Shown here piece after piece: positions 1 through 9,081 of a DNA stretch of 55,397 nucleotides. The notes beneath the pieces are model-generated. The model was not told where the DNA came from and searched no databases. It worked only from the letters and a program-made list of their open reading frames with translations. Every line of letters begins with the position of its first letter. Position 1 is the stretch's first letter. Location: positions 1-55,397 of the IMG/VR virus record IMGVR_UViG_3300033512_000165. One strand, 5' to 3'. The position numbers and the translations under genes are program-made. This DNA comes from a virus. Lineage: Duplodnaviria; Caudoviricetes.

Positions 1-2
1 AT

Positions 3-242
3 AATCAATATAATGAAACATATCTTAAAATTCAATATGAATTAAATTCAATACGAACAAAGATGGAAGATAAATATAATTTTGATAATATCAAAATCAG
101 AAAGTCTCAAATCTCAAACATAATTTCTAATTATATAGAAAAATTAAATTCAGAACTTGAAATTAAAAAAATTGTAACTGAATTAAATGGAGGGACTGTT
201 TTAGAAAAGAAACTAAAAAAACAATTTAATATAAACATTTAA
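3..242 (+). CDS. 3' end of hypothetical protein (starts before window)
   Basis: Open frame from base 3 to TAA at 240-242, just ahead of the next ATG at 253. Confidence 0.55.
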   Translation, partial: NQYNETYLKIQYELNSIRTKMEDKYNFDNIKIRKSQISNIISNYIEKLNSELEIKKIVTELNGGTVLEKKLKKQFNINI

Positions 243-252
243 AAATAAAAAT

Positions 253-576
253 ATGAGAAAAATTAATGAACTCCTATGTGTTCTCGAATTAACAGATGAA
301 CAAATTAATGTAATTGATACATTAAATTGCCATTGTGTTGATTTAAATGTAACAGTAGACATAATAAAAATTATTATGCTTAACAAAATAGTACATTTTA
401 GATATGATGAAAAATTAAAACATTTTGATATTTTAATTGATAATTTTATTTTATCTCATTATAAAATAAGTGAATCACAAATGAATGAACTACATGAATA
501 TATTTTAACAGAATATTTCTATATTATTCGTGTTAATAATGATTATTTTATTTCAAAGGATATTTTTGATATATGA
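253..576 (+). CDS. hypothetical protein
   Basis: 107-aa ORF in a tightly packed + strand run. Confidence 0.6.
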   Translation: MRKINELLCVLELTDEQINVIDTLNCHCVDLNVTVDIIKIIMLNKIVHFRYDEKLKHFDILIDNFILSHYKISESQMNELHEYILTEYFYIIRVNNDYFISKDIFDI

Positions 577-1143
577 TAAATTTTACAATAAATGATATTA
601 CAAACATAAAATCCCAATGTATTTATTAATTCTACTAATGAATATTTGTATTGGTAGGAAATAACTGTTAATGGATATATACAATCCAAAGGAGGAATTG
701 AATTACAAAATGAATTAAAACGTATAATATACAATATTAAACAAATGATTGTATCTCATCCAATTATAACAAAAGGGTACAATTTGGATTGTGATTATAT
801 TATTCATGTATTTCCTCCACATTGGATATTAAATAATAATATAAAATATTCAGATAATAAATTAGTTGAAACTTACACAAATTGTTTAAAATTAGCAATA
901 GAAAATAATATAAAAGAAATATGTTTTCCATTGATAAGTTCAGGTACATTTAGATACCCTATTGATAGAAGTTGTTTATTAGGTATATATTCCTGTTTAA
1001 TATTTCAAATGAATTATAATATTGATATTACTTTTTGTTTATATAAAAAGGAAATATATGATATTGCGATTAATATATATAATTTACTTATAAAAGATGA
1101 TGATTATTTAGATACTAACTTTTTACAAAATTTATATTTATAA
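573..1143 (+). pseudogene. macrodomain (ADP-ribose binding/hydrolase) protein, disrupted
   Basis: 745-1143 has macro motifs (ITKGYNL, YIIHV, FPLISSGTFRYP). The N-terminal part (DIT..., INSTNEYL) lies upstream, cut off by a frameshift near 625 and an in-frame TAG near 655. Confidence 0.7.
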
Positions 1144-1160
1144 ATAATACATTATTTAAT

Positions 1161-1216
1161 TTAACATTTATTAACAATAAAACATTTTGATTATTGAAAT
1201 AAATATAGTATCTTTG
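1161..1216 (+). promoter_or_regulatory. early promoter (Bacteroidota primary sigma type) with upstream TTAACA direct repeat
   Basis: TTAACATTTATTAACA, then TTTG (-33), then TATCTTTG (-7, TAnnTTTG). Confidence 0.85.
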
Positions 1217-1242
1217 TAATATAAATTTTAAAAATTAAAGCA

Positions 1243-2013
1243 ATGTTAAGAATAGGATTCACAAACAAATATTTCACTCTTTGGTCCATATATGAACCAT
1301 ATTTGAAATATGTAAATGAATTTGAATCGTATGAAAAAGTAGATTATCATTTTATCCAAAATTTAAGTATGGATAAGGAAAAAGCTATTGAAAAAGCTAT
1401 TATGAAAGGTGCTACAAATGAAATTGATTATGATTTAAAAGGTGAACATAGTTATACTTGGACATCACAATTAAAATTTATGGGAGAAGATTATCAATTT
1501 CCTTTTGGTAAATTAGTTGGAGAAGATATTAGAACAAGTAATGATATTTAGCAACTTGATAGATTATATAAACAAACAAACAATATTTATGCCAAACAAA
1601 GATTAATTGAACTTGGATATGTTGAAATATTAGATGGAGATAATAAATTGGTTGTTGTTACAAAAGAAGAGGCAGAAACAATAAAAAATATTATTAATAG
1701 TAGAATTAATAGACAAAAGGAATTAGATGAAGTATTAAATTCAATTAAAACAGGTGTAGTTGAATTTATCCCTGAAAAAAATATAAAACATGATAAATAT
1801 ATATATTTTAAAGGATTATATTTTGATTTTTCTAAAATTGAATTAAAACAAATGGATTATAATGGGAATATTTACTATTTACCGTCTGTAAAAGGTAAAG
1901 GTAAAATGATTAAAAATAAAAAAATTAAATTTGTAATTGATACAGAAGTTAATAAATATGAAGGTACTGATTTTTTATATGTTAATGTAAAATCTTTTGA
2001 AATATTAAAATAA
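1243..2013 (+). pseudogene. hypothetical early protein interrupted by one in-frame TAG (1549-1551)
   Basis: ORFs 1243-1551 and 1648-2013 are in the same frame with an open linker (QLDRLYKQ...). Confidence 0.65.
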
Positions 2014-2018
2014 AAATT

Positions 2019-2291
2019 ATGAAATCAATCTTTTATAAAATACCTCAAAAATACAGAAGTAAAATTAAACAAAATGTTAATTTTGATGGATTTGAAGAAT
2101 GTATTTTTGAAGAATGTGTAAATACATTTCGTTTATTTATTATTATATATAATGATGTAGCAGTAGGATTTTCACTTAATAAAATATTTACTGTTACTCA
2201 TCCTGATTTTAATTTTTTAAAATCATATAAATATAACGAAATATTAAAAAAATGTTCAGAAAATAATTATAAATTTTTTAAAACAATATAA
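2019..2291 (+). CDS. hypothetical protein
   Basis: ORF in early operon. Confidence 0.6.
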   Translation: MKSIFYKIPQKYRSKIKQNVNFDGFEECIFEECVNTFRLFIIIYNDVAVGFSLNKIFTVTHPDFNFLKSYKYNEILKKCSENNYKFFKTI

Positions 2292-2295
2292 TAAA

Positions 2296-2499
2296 ATGAG
2301 AGGAATATTGGACAAAAAAATGGTCAGTAATGTTATAAAATTTGAACATGTATCTCACGAACAAAATAAAGTAGTAATATTATATGGACGAATTATTGAA
2401 ATTATGGATAATGAAGTTGATTGCATTGTAAGTACTTATTTTGGGGAGTTTTATGTTAATGAAAAACAAATTTGTATGGATGATTATTTTACTGTTTAA
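2296..2499 (+). CDS. hypothetical protein
   Basis: ORF in early operon. Confidence 0.55.
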   Translation: MRGILDKKMVSNVIKFEHVSHEQNKVVILYGRIIEIMDNEVDCIVSTYFGEFYVNEKQICMDDYFTV

Positions 2500-2559
2500 A
2501 ATAAAATAATAAAAACTATTTTGAAAATAATTATGAATTTTTTAAAACAATATAATAAA

Positions 2560-2868
2560 ATGAAAGAAATAAAAACACAGGAACAAATTATAGTTGAAAA
2601 CATCCTATCTAAAATGTTATATTATAACAACGTACCATATAAAAGTTTAGGGAGTGTTTTAAATATGTTATATGCATACAATTTTCTCCAATATGATACA
2701 TGTCAAGTAGGCAATAATCAAGTAACAGTACATGGAAATATAATAGCAACTTTTGTATTTGATGATAATTTAAAACTACCAGTATTTACCTTCAATGATT
2801 ATGATCCAGAACATTTATCGTATTATCAAAATATATATTTAGATTATATTAATAAATTAAATTCTTGA
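2560..2868 (+). CDS. hypothetical protein
   Basis: ORF 2521-2868; ATG at 2560 after an A-rich leader is the more likely start. Confidence 0.55.
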   Translation: MKEIKTQEQIIVENILSKMLYYNNVPYKSLGSVLNMLYAYNFLQYDTCQVGNNQVTVHGNIIATFVFDDNLKLPVFTFNDYDPEHLSYYQNIYLDYINKLNS

Positions 2869-2872
2869 AAAA

Positions 2873-3322
2873 ATGGATATTATAAATCATATTTTAGCAA
2901 CAGAAAAATCAAATAGAATTGAACTTAAAGAAAAACAATTTCAAACTGATTTTTGTACACAAAAAGAAAAATTACCAATTAAAAATTTACCTATAATTGA
3001 ATTGGAACAACATGGTTTTGTATTTCATGATAGAAATAATTTATACACATTATCAACATTTGTTTATTGTGAATTTCCTAACGATTGGAAACTAATTCCA
3101 ACGAGTTCTTCATTTCAATCTGAATTATGTGATGAAAATAATATATGTAGAGTTAAAATATTTCATAAAGTTAATGAATATACCAATCAAATTCATTGCT
3201 ATGGTAATTATAGATGTGATGAACTAATTGAACGTGAAAATAGAGAATTACTGGAAATACAACAAATAAATGAATTAAGATTAAAAAATGAAAAATTAAA
3301 ACAATCTATACCTATTTTATGA
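2873..3322 (+). CDS. hypothetical protein
   Basis: 149-aa ORF. Confidence 0.6.
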   Translation: MDIINHILATEKSNRIELKEKQFQTDFCTQKEKLPIKNLPIIELEQHGFVFHDRNNLYTLSTFVYCEFPNDWKLIPTSSSFQSELCDENNICRVKIFHKVNEYTNQIHCYGNYRCDELIERENRELLEIQQINELRLKNEKLKQSIPIL

Positions 3323-3514
3323 GATAAAAAACAAGGAATATCCAAATTTATATATTATGATTCAACTAATATCCTAACTCAAATAGATGAAAATTTTATT
3401 ATACGAGATTATGATAGTATTATAATTTATGCTTTGAATTATAAAAATGCCCAAAGAAAATTAAAAAATTATTTAACCAATTTAACAAAATAACATGGAA
3501 AATAAAAAATAATT

Positions 3515-4135
3515 ATGAAAACATCAATTAAACAATTTTTAGATAAATACTTACATTTATTAACACCAGGTAGTAGGTTTGATTATGATATTATAACGAA
3601 TATATTAAATAATAACGGGATAGATTCATCTTGTTATGATATAAACAAAATTATAAATGAAGGTAAATTATTATCCTTTTATACTTTAATTAATTTATCA
3701 TTTATGTCTGACGAAACATCAGCAAAAATATTTATTAAATTTAATAATGAATTTATTGGTTATATTAGTTATGAAGGAGAAAGTTATAGTTATATATATT
3801 TTTTCAATAAAGAAGATGGTATATCACTATTAAATTATTTAAGACAATATAACATATATCAAATAACCAATATTATTGATATAAACGAAGATGATTTTTC
3901 GTTTAATGACCAATATATGAATATTCATGAATTTAATAATGAATTATATTTCACTATAAATTATTTAAGTTGGTTATCCTATTCCATAGAAAATAAAAGT
4001 TATTATAAAGATGATTTAAATAATTTAATTGAATGTGATATTATTAATTATGATACCACTAATCCAATAATTAAATTAAAAAATGATAATAAAGAAATGG
4101 AATGTATTTCAACCAATTTATATTTTAAAATATGA
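3515..4135 (+). CDS. hypothetical protein
   Basis: 206-aa ORF, ATGA overlap with next gene. Confidence 0.65.
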   Translation: MKTSIKQFLDKYLHLLTPGSRFDYDIITNILNNNGIDSSCYDINKIINEGKLLSFYTLINLSFMSDETSAKIFIKFNNEFIGYISYEGESYSYIYFFNKEDGISLLNYLRQYNIYQITNIIDINEDDFSFNDQYMNIHEFNNELYFTINYLSWLSYSIENKSYYKDDLNNLIECDIINYDTTNPIIKLKNDNKEMECISTNLYFKI

Positions 4136-4695
4136 TAATAAACATACATGGGTTTAAAGGAAGTAGTAATAGTGAAAAAACAAAAATACTAATCGATACA
4201 TTTGGTAAAGAGTTTGTTTATTCTCCTACATTACCTATATCACCAAAAGAATCAATAGAACTTTTATCTGATTATATACATAATAATAAAAATTATCCTC
4301 ATATATTATTAGGTAATAGTTTAGGTGGATTTTATGCTTATTATTTATTCAATAAAAATGATTTATTTACTTTTTTAATAAATCCTTCATTTGAACCGTG
4401 GAATAATTTATCTAATTTATTGGGTAAACATAATAGATTTGATACTAATGAAGAATTTATTTTAACTGATACACATATACAGCAATTATATGATATAAAT
4501 AATAAAATAACTGAATCGGATAATTATCATTCGTTATTAAATTTATATATCGGTATGAATGATGATATTGTTCCAAACTATAATATTCATAAAAAGTTTA
4601 AATACTCGAAAACAACATATACAGATGATAATCATAGAATGAATATTGATAATTTTATAAAATATGTACTACCAGATATTAAATCAGTTATTTAA
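4132..4695 (+). CDS. YqiA/YcfP-family alpha/beta-hydrolase (esterase)
   Basis: IHGFKGS N-terminus, GNSLGG nucleophile elbow, LINP, D..V and C-terminal His. Confidence 0.85.
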   Translation: MIINIHGFKGSSNSEKTKILIDTFGKEFVYSPTLPISPKESIELLSDYIHNNKNYPHILLGNSLGGFYAYYLFNKNDLFTFLINPSFEPWNNLSNLLGKHNRFDTNEEFILTDTHIQQLYDINNKITESDNYHSLLNLYIGMNDDIVPNYNIHKKFKYSKTTYTDDNHRMNIDNFIKYVLPDIKSVI

Positions 4696-5246
4696 ACTGA
4701 TTTAATATTTCCTAATAATATTTTCTCGTGAGGTTCTCCAGCTATTAATCGAGTATAATGAAACCCATCAGAATTAAGATTAATAATATCTTTATTTAAA
4801 ATAGTTTTTGCTAATGTATTTGGAATAGGAGTAGCTCCATATCGTAACATTAATTTTTCTGCCGCTCCACTAAATTCAACCCAACTATCTCTATCTTTTA
4901 AATTAACATCATCTAAATAAATCTTTTTAATAGCTATTTTTCCTTCCTCTGTTCCATTACTTCCTTTGGCAATAGCTTTACGTCCTAATTTATCTTTATA
5001 TACTGCTACGGCTATAATTTTATTATTTTTACGTACTAATTTCCATAACCAAGAATCATCAATTAATTCTTCTTTTGAACCAGCACTTTTAAATCCTCCT
5101 ATTGGTTTATAGGTTAATTGAAGAATATCCCAAACTTCATCTATGTATTTTTGTTTATCTTGTTTATCAAATACATTTATATATGTTTCATTTAAAATAT
5201 TCGTTATTGTATTTTCTATTAATTTATTTAAATCTTTTTTATTCAT
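4692..5246 (-). CDS. putative virion internal protein (leader MNKKDLNKLIENTITNILNE)
   Basis: Shared leader; in operon behind late-type promoter at 6078-6091. Confidence 0.6.
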   Translation of the reverse strand: MNKKDLNKLIENTITNILNETYINVFDKQDKQKYIDEVWDILQLTYKPIGGFKSAGSKEELIDDSWLWKLVRKNNKIIAVAVYKDKLGRKAIAKGSNGTEEGKIAIKKIYLDDVNLKDRDSWVEFSGAAEKLMLRYGATPIPNTLAKTILNKDIINLNSDGFHYTRLIAGEPHEKILLGNIKSV

Positions 5247-5247
5247 T

Positions 5248-6069
5248 TTATTTATTTTTATTCATTAATATTAAAAATGCATCCAATTTATCTTTATATA
5301 AATTTTCATACTTATTATACCATTGTGATAATGCAAATAATTCTGCAAATTGTTCTCCATTAAATGAATTTTCACTTCTTGAGTATTTTGTTGTTACCCA
5401 ATTATAATTATCAAAATCGGTAGGTAATTTAAAATAATGTTCATATCTATGTCCTAATTCATGTATAATAACATATTTAAACGAGCCATAATTATCTCCG
5501 GTTGTTACTTTATCAGGACGAATATAAATAATATCTTCATTTGATTTATATACTGCGGCTGATTTGGACATTTCTTTTTTAACAAAATATATTTTTAAAT
5601 TATTTTGTATTGATTTTTTATGAAACCCTTCCAATTGAGATAATAAATTATTTATATCATTACTTATTTCAATGAATCTTTTTTGACTAATAATTGATTT
5701 ATTATAAAAAGTACAGTTGGATAATTTTAACTCATCTATTTTATCTTGTGAACTAAATTTTAATTCAATATTTTTAATATCATCCAATGTTAATCTTTTT
5801 ATTACAGCATTTATATTACCAAATACAATACTACCAATTGTTACCTCACGTTTATTTTTATAATATAACTCATAAGATTCAATTGATTTTTTTAATGATA
5901 TTAAATAATTTTGTTCTTTTTTCATATTTATAGGAGAACGACCTTCAAAAGATAATGTACTTAACCAACTTTTTAATAATGTAAAATACTCATCAGTTGG
6001 CTCAGGATTTAATAGTCTATTATAATTTATTTGTTCGTATATTAACCTATTTAATTCTTTTATATTCAT
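5248..6069 (-). CDS. zincin-like metallopeptidase with leader-like N-terminus
   Basis: IIHELGH (HExxH) plus downstream EQFAE third-ligand motif. Confidence 0.7.
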   Translation of the reverse strand: MNIKELNRLIYEQINYNRLLNPEPTDEYFTLLKSWLSTLSFEGRSPINMKKEQNYLISLKKSIESYELYYKNKREVTIGSIVFGNINAVIKRLTLDDIKNIELKFSSQDKIDELKLSNCTFYNKSIISQKRFIEISNDINNLLSQLEGFHKKSIQNNLKIYFVKKEMSKSAAVYKSNEDIIYIRPDKVTTGDNYGSFKYVIIHELGHRYEHYFKLPTDFDNYNWVTTKYSRSENSFNGEQFAELFALSQWYNKYENLYKDKLDAFLILMNKNK

Positions 6070-6077
6070 ATATTTAT

Positions 6078-6135
6078 TTTAATATAAATACAATTTAATT
6101 TATTTAATAATATTATAATTAGTATTTATATTAAA
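6078..6135. promoter_or_regulatory. divergent pair of putative late promoters (GTATTTATATTAAA)
   Basis: Motif on - strand at 6078-6091 and on + strand at 6122-6135, each just upstream of an ATG. Confidence 0.7.
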
Positions 6136-6159
6136 CAAATAATTAAAACAAAAAATATT

Positions 6160-6978
6160 ATGAACAAAACAGAGTTAGACAATTTAATTAAAAAAATATT
6201 AACTGAAAATATTACAGTTACTTCAGAACATTTATTTTCGTATTTAAAAACATTACAAAAGAAAATAAATAGTAAAAAATATAGTATTAAAAAAATAGAT
6301 GAAGATAATTTTAGTATTCATTTTGATACAAATTTATCTTTACTTATTAATAAATCACAAAGTAAAATAATAGGTTATAATAATGATGGAGGAGATAAAT
6401 TTGTAACCATTCCAAAAGTAATAAAAAACACAAAAGATTTATTAAATCATATAGAGTTATTGGATGTAATGAAAGGAACAGTAAAACCAGCAAAAGAAAT
6501 AATACAAACTATTGAAACTAATATAAATAGTGGAAAAAAATATGAATTAACTAAAGACAGTATTAATATTAATGGGAATACATTATATCGTATAAAAGCA
6601 TTAAAATCATTTTCAAATATAAAAGAGGGTGATTTAGGGGGATTTATTCAATCTGAAAATAATTTATCACACGAAGATGATTGTTGGATTGATAATAAAG
6701 CTAAAGTATATGGAAATGCTAAGGTTTTTGGAACAGTCTGGGTTTCAGGAAATACTAAAGTTTATGAAAATGCTAAAGTTTTTGGAAATGCTTCAGTTTT
6801 TGGGGATGCTCAAGTTTTTGGAGATGCTCAAGTTTTTGGAGATGCTCAAGTTTATGGAAATGCTGAAGTTTATGGAAATGCTGAAGTTTATGAAAATGCT
6901 GAAGTTTATGGAAATGCTGAAGTTTATGGAACAGCAATAGTAGATTATAATGTTAATAATGAGAAAATATTTGATTAG
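6160..6978 (+). CDS. leader-containing protein with C-terminal hexapeptide-repeat left-handed beta-helix
   Basis: MNKTELDNLIKKILTE leader; LYRIKALK..GDLGGFIQSENNL module; about 12 xV(Y/F)G(N/D)A repeats. Confidence 0.8.
   Translation: MNKTELDNLIKKILTENITVTSEHLFSYLKTLQKKINSKKYSIKKIDEDNFSIHFDTNLSLLINKSQSKIIGYNNDGGDKFVTIPKVIKNTKDLLNHIELLDVMKGTVKPAKEIIQTIETNINSGKKYELTKDSININGNTLYRIKALKSFSNIKEGDLGGFIQSENNLSHEDDCWIDNKAKVYGNAKVFGTVWVSGNTKVYENAKVFGNASVFGDAQVFGDAQVFGDAQVYGNAEVYGNAEVYENAEVYGNAEVYGTAIVDYNVNNEKIFD
6703..6930 (+). repeat. 18-bp coding tandem repeat
   Basis: Units such as GAAGTTTATGGAAATGCT and CAAGTTTTTGGAGATGCT. Confidence 0.9.
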
Positions 6979-7052
6979 TACAATTATTTTCTTTTTATAA
7001 ACAAATTACTACATTAAAATAAAAATTGTTTAGAACTAAAATAAACAATGAA

Positions 7053-7085
7053 AAAACCTAATATATTTAATCCATATTAGGTTTT
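7053..7085. terminator. intrinsic terminator
   Basis: AAAACCTAATAT...ATATTAGGTTTT hairpin after gene end. Confidence 0.75.
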
Positions 7086-7089
7086 ATTT

Positions 7090-7145
7090 TTAACATTTAT
7101 TAACATTGTTTTATTTGTATTTTAGAAATAAATAGTTTATCTTTG
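7090..7145 (+). promoter_or_regulatory. early promoter with TTAACA repeat
   Basis: TTAACATTTATTAACA..TTTG..TATCTTTG, same spacing as the copy at 1161. Confidence 0.85.
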
Positions 7146-7170
7146 TAATATAAATTTTAAACATAAAACA

Positions 7171-7521
7171 ATGAAAACATTTTTTACTGATATAAACATA
7201 TATTCAAGAGTTATAAGTTGCAATGGATTAGGTGGTGAAATAACGTTTGGAAGAAATGAATAAATGTTTCCCGAAAAAGAATTTCTGGGATGCATGAAAT
7301 TAATTGAATTTGTTATGAATGATATTTATAAAAATTTAATTGAATGGACGTTTGAAGATAGACGCATTTTATATAAAACAACACGTTGTATATATGTTTT
7401 TTGTTTAGATTATGATAATAAAAACCTTATAAACATTGAATGTTATAATAAAAATTATACTACTCGTTATAGTACATGGGCAAATAAACATTCTGTTGAA
7501 AGTGTATGTAAATCATTTTAA
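7171..7521 (+). pseudogene. hypothetical early gene with in-frame TAA at 7261-7263 (or two tiny ORFs)
   Basis: ATG at 7171 right after the promoter is in frame with ORF 7264-7521. Confidence 0.5.
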
Positions 7522-7624
7522 TAAATCATAAGGATAAAAAAGTTGAAATTTATATTAAATCTAAATTTATATTATAACTATTGTACTTTATTTAAAAAAA
7601 TAATCAATTATTAAATTAAAAATT

Positions 7625-8071
7625 ATGAAAAAACTAAGTTATTACATTAAAGATATTAAAGAACTATATCCTCATATTAAAAATAGTTTAATATTATATA
7701 TTCAATCAAAATTGGAACAAATATATAATAATTATCCTCTAACTTTTAATACAACACATAAAGTAAATGAATTTTTATCTTCGTTTTATGTTAAAGGGAA
7801 AGATTTGGAAGGCAATTATCATATAGGAATTATATATGATTTTCAAGTTGTAAATGAATATAATTATAAAATAACTCTATATGTTCCTTATAATAATTTT
7901 GTTGAAGTTACTAATATCTATAAACCTTCAAGAAAAGAACTAAAACGTTTTTTTAAATATTATGGATGCAAAATACCTAATAAGTATGAACGTTATTTAT
8001 ATCAAATGTATGATACAAATAATATGATTGAAAAAGAATATAATAAATTAATTGTTATAGACAGTAAATAA
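7625..8071 (+). CDS. hypothetical protein
   Basis: 148-aa ORF. Confidence 0.6.
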   Translation: MKKLSYYIKDIKELYPHIKNSLILYIQSKLEQIYNNYPLTFNTTHKVNEFLSSFYVKGKDLEGNYHIGIIYDFQVVNEYNYKITLYVPYNNFVEVTNIYKPSRKELKRFFKYYGCKIPNKYERYLYQMYDTNNMIEKEYNKLIVIDSK

Positions 8072-8092
8072 TTTTTAAATAAAAACAAAACA

Positions 8093-8106
8093 GTATTTAT
8101 ATTAAA
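8093..8106 (+). promoter_or_regulatory. putative late promoter
   Basis: GTATTTATATTAAA 20 bp before ATG. Confidence 0.7.
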
Positions 8107-8126
8107 TAACATTAAAATAAAATAAA

Positions 8127-8642
8127 ATGAATAATCAATTACTCGAATCATTTGTATTAAATAAAGTTGAAAAATACATAATACATGAATCAACAAATAT
8201 TAAATATTTTAATTTTGTATTACCTAATAAAAACAAAGTTAAAATAGAAGTAAATTTAAATAAAAATAAAAATGGAGAATATATTTTCTCTGCTTCTGGT
8301 ACTGAAACAACTCCAAGAGGAAAATATATTTCAGGTGGACAAATACTGTATAATTTATATAGCGATTTAAAATCAGATAAAACATTTATGATTATATATA
8401 AAATATGGAAAGAATATCATCTTAATGACTTACAACCTGGAACACAAAAACAAATGTATGCATTAAAAAAAGTTAATTTATTAAATACAAATAAATATTC
8501 TGAAGCAGTGGAATATTTAAAATCAATTGACTTGTATATTGATAAATTACCTAATGGTGAAGATTATAAATATGGTACAAAATGGTTAGTAAAACCAATT
8601 CCAGAAAAAACAATTAAAATTATACAAAAATTATTAAAATAA
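8127..8642 (+). CDS. putative virion internal protein (leader MNNQLLESFVLNKVEKYIIHE)
   Basis: Shared leader; late motif upstream. Confidence 0.6.
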   Translation: MNNQLLESFVLNKVEKYIIHESTNIKYFNFVLPNKNKVKIEVNLNKNKNGEYIFSASGTETTPRGKYISGGQILYNLYSDLKSDKTFMIIYKIWKEYHLNDLQPGTQKQMYALKKVNLLNTNKYSEAVEYLKSIDLYIDKLPNGEDYKYGTKWLVKPIPEKTIKIIQKLLK

Positions 8643-8670
8643 AAACAAAACATTAATTATATTAAATAAT

Positions 8671-9027
8671 ATGAACAAAAAAGAATTAAATCAATTAATT
8701 GAAACAAAAGTAAATGATTTTCTTAAAGAAAATCATTTAGTAACTGAAAACTTTACTAAAGGTGAAGAAGTTATTAGAGTAATGGACAGATATAATCCAC
8801 AACTTGGAACATATTATGTTTTTTCTAAATATACAATAGTAAAAATTCAAGGAAAAACAGTTTTTTGTAGTGATGATAATAGATATGATATAAATACAAG
8901 AGAAAGAAAAAACAAAAGTTCAAGTGTATATGGTGGTTCAGATTATACTATTTATTCAATTGATAAAGGAGAAAAATTTTTCAATGAATTAAAAAACGAT
9001 GGACAAAAAGTAAGAAAAGAATATTAA
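8671..9027 (+). CDS. putative virion internal protein (leader MNKKELNQLIETKVNDFLKE)
   Basis: Shared leader followed by a small beta-rich domain. Confidence 0.6.
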   Translation: MNKKELNQLIETKVNDFLKENHLVTENFTKGEEVIRVMDRYNPQLGTYYVFSKYTIVKIQGKTVFCSDDNRYDINTRERKNKSSSVYGGSDYTIYSIDKGEKFFNELKNDGQKVRKEY

Positions 9028-9042
9028 TTTTTTATCAAAATA

Positions 9043-9067
9043 AAACCTACTAAATTATAGTAGGTTT
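9043..9067. terminator. bidirectional intrinsic terminator (AAACCTAC family)
   Basis: AAACCTACTA...TAGTAGGTTT between convergent genes. Confidence 0.85.
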
Positions 9068-9081
9068 CTTTTTATATTAAA

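Noticed and set aside
573-2013. Genome-wide TAG stop-codon reassignment (code 15)
   Set aside because: Only two in-frame TAGs, both in accessory genes; long core genes have none, TAG ends several genes, and no CUA tRNA was seen in this window
6677-6940. 87-aa alternate-frame ORF with MLKF repeats
   Set aside because: Shadow of the 18-bp coding repeat
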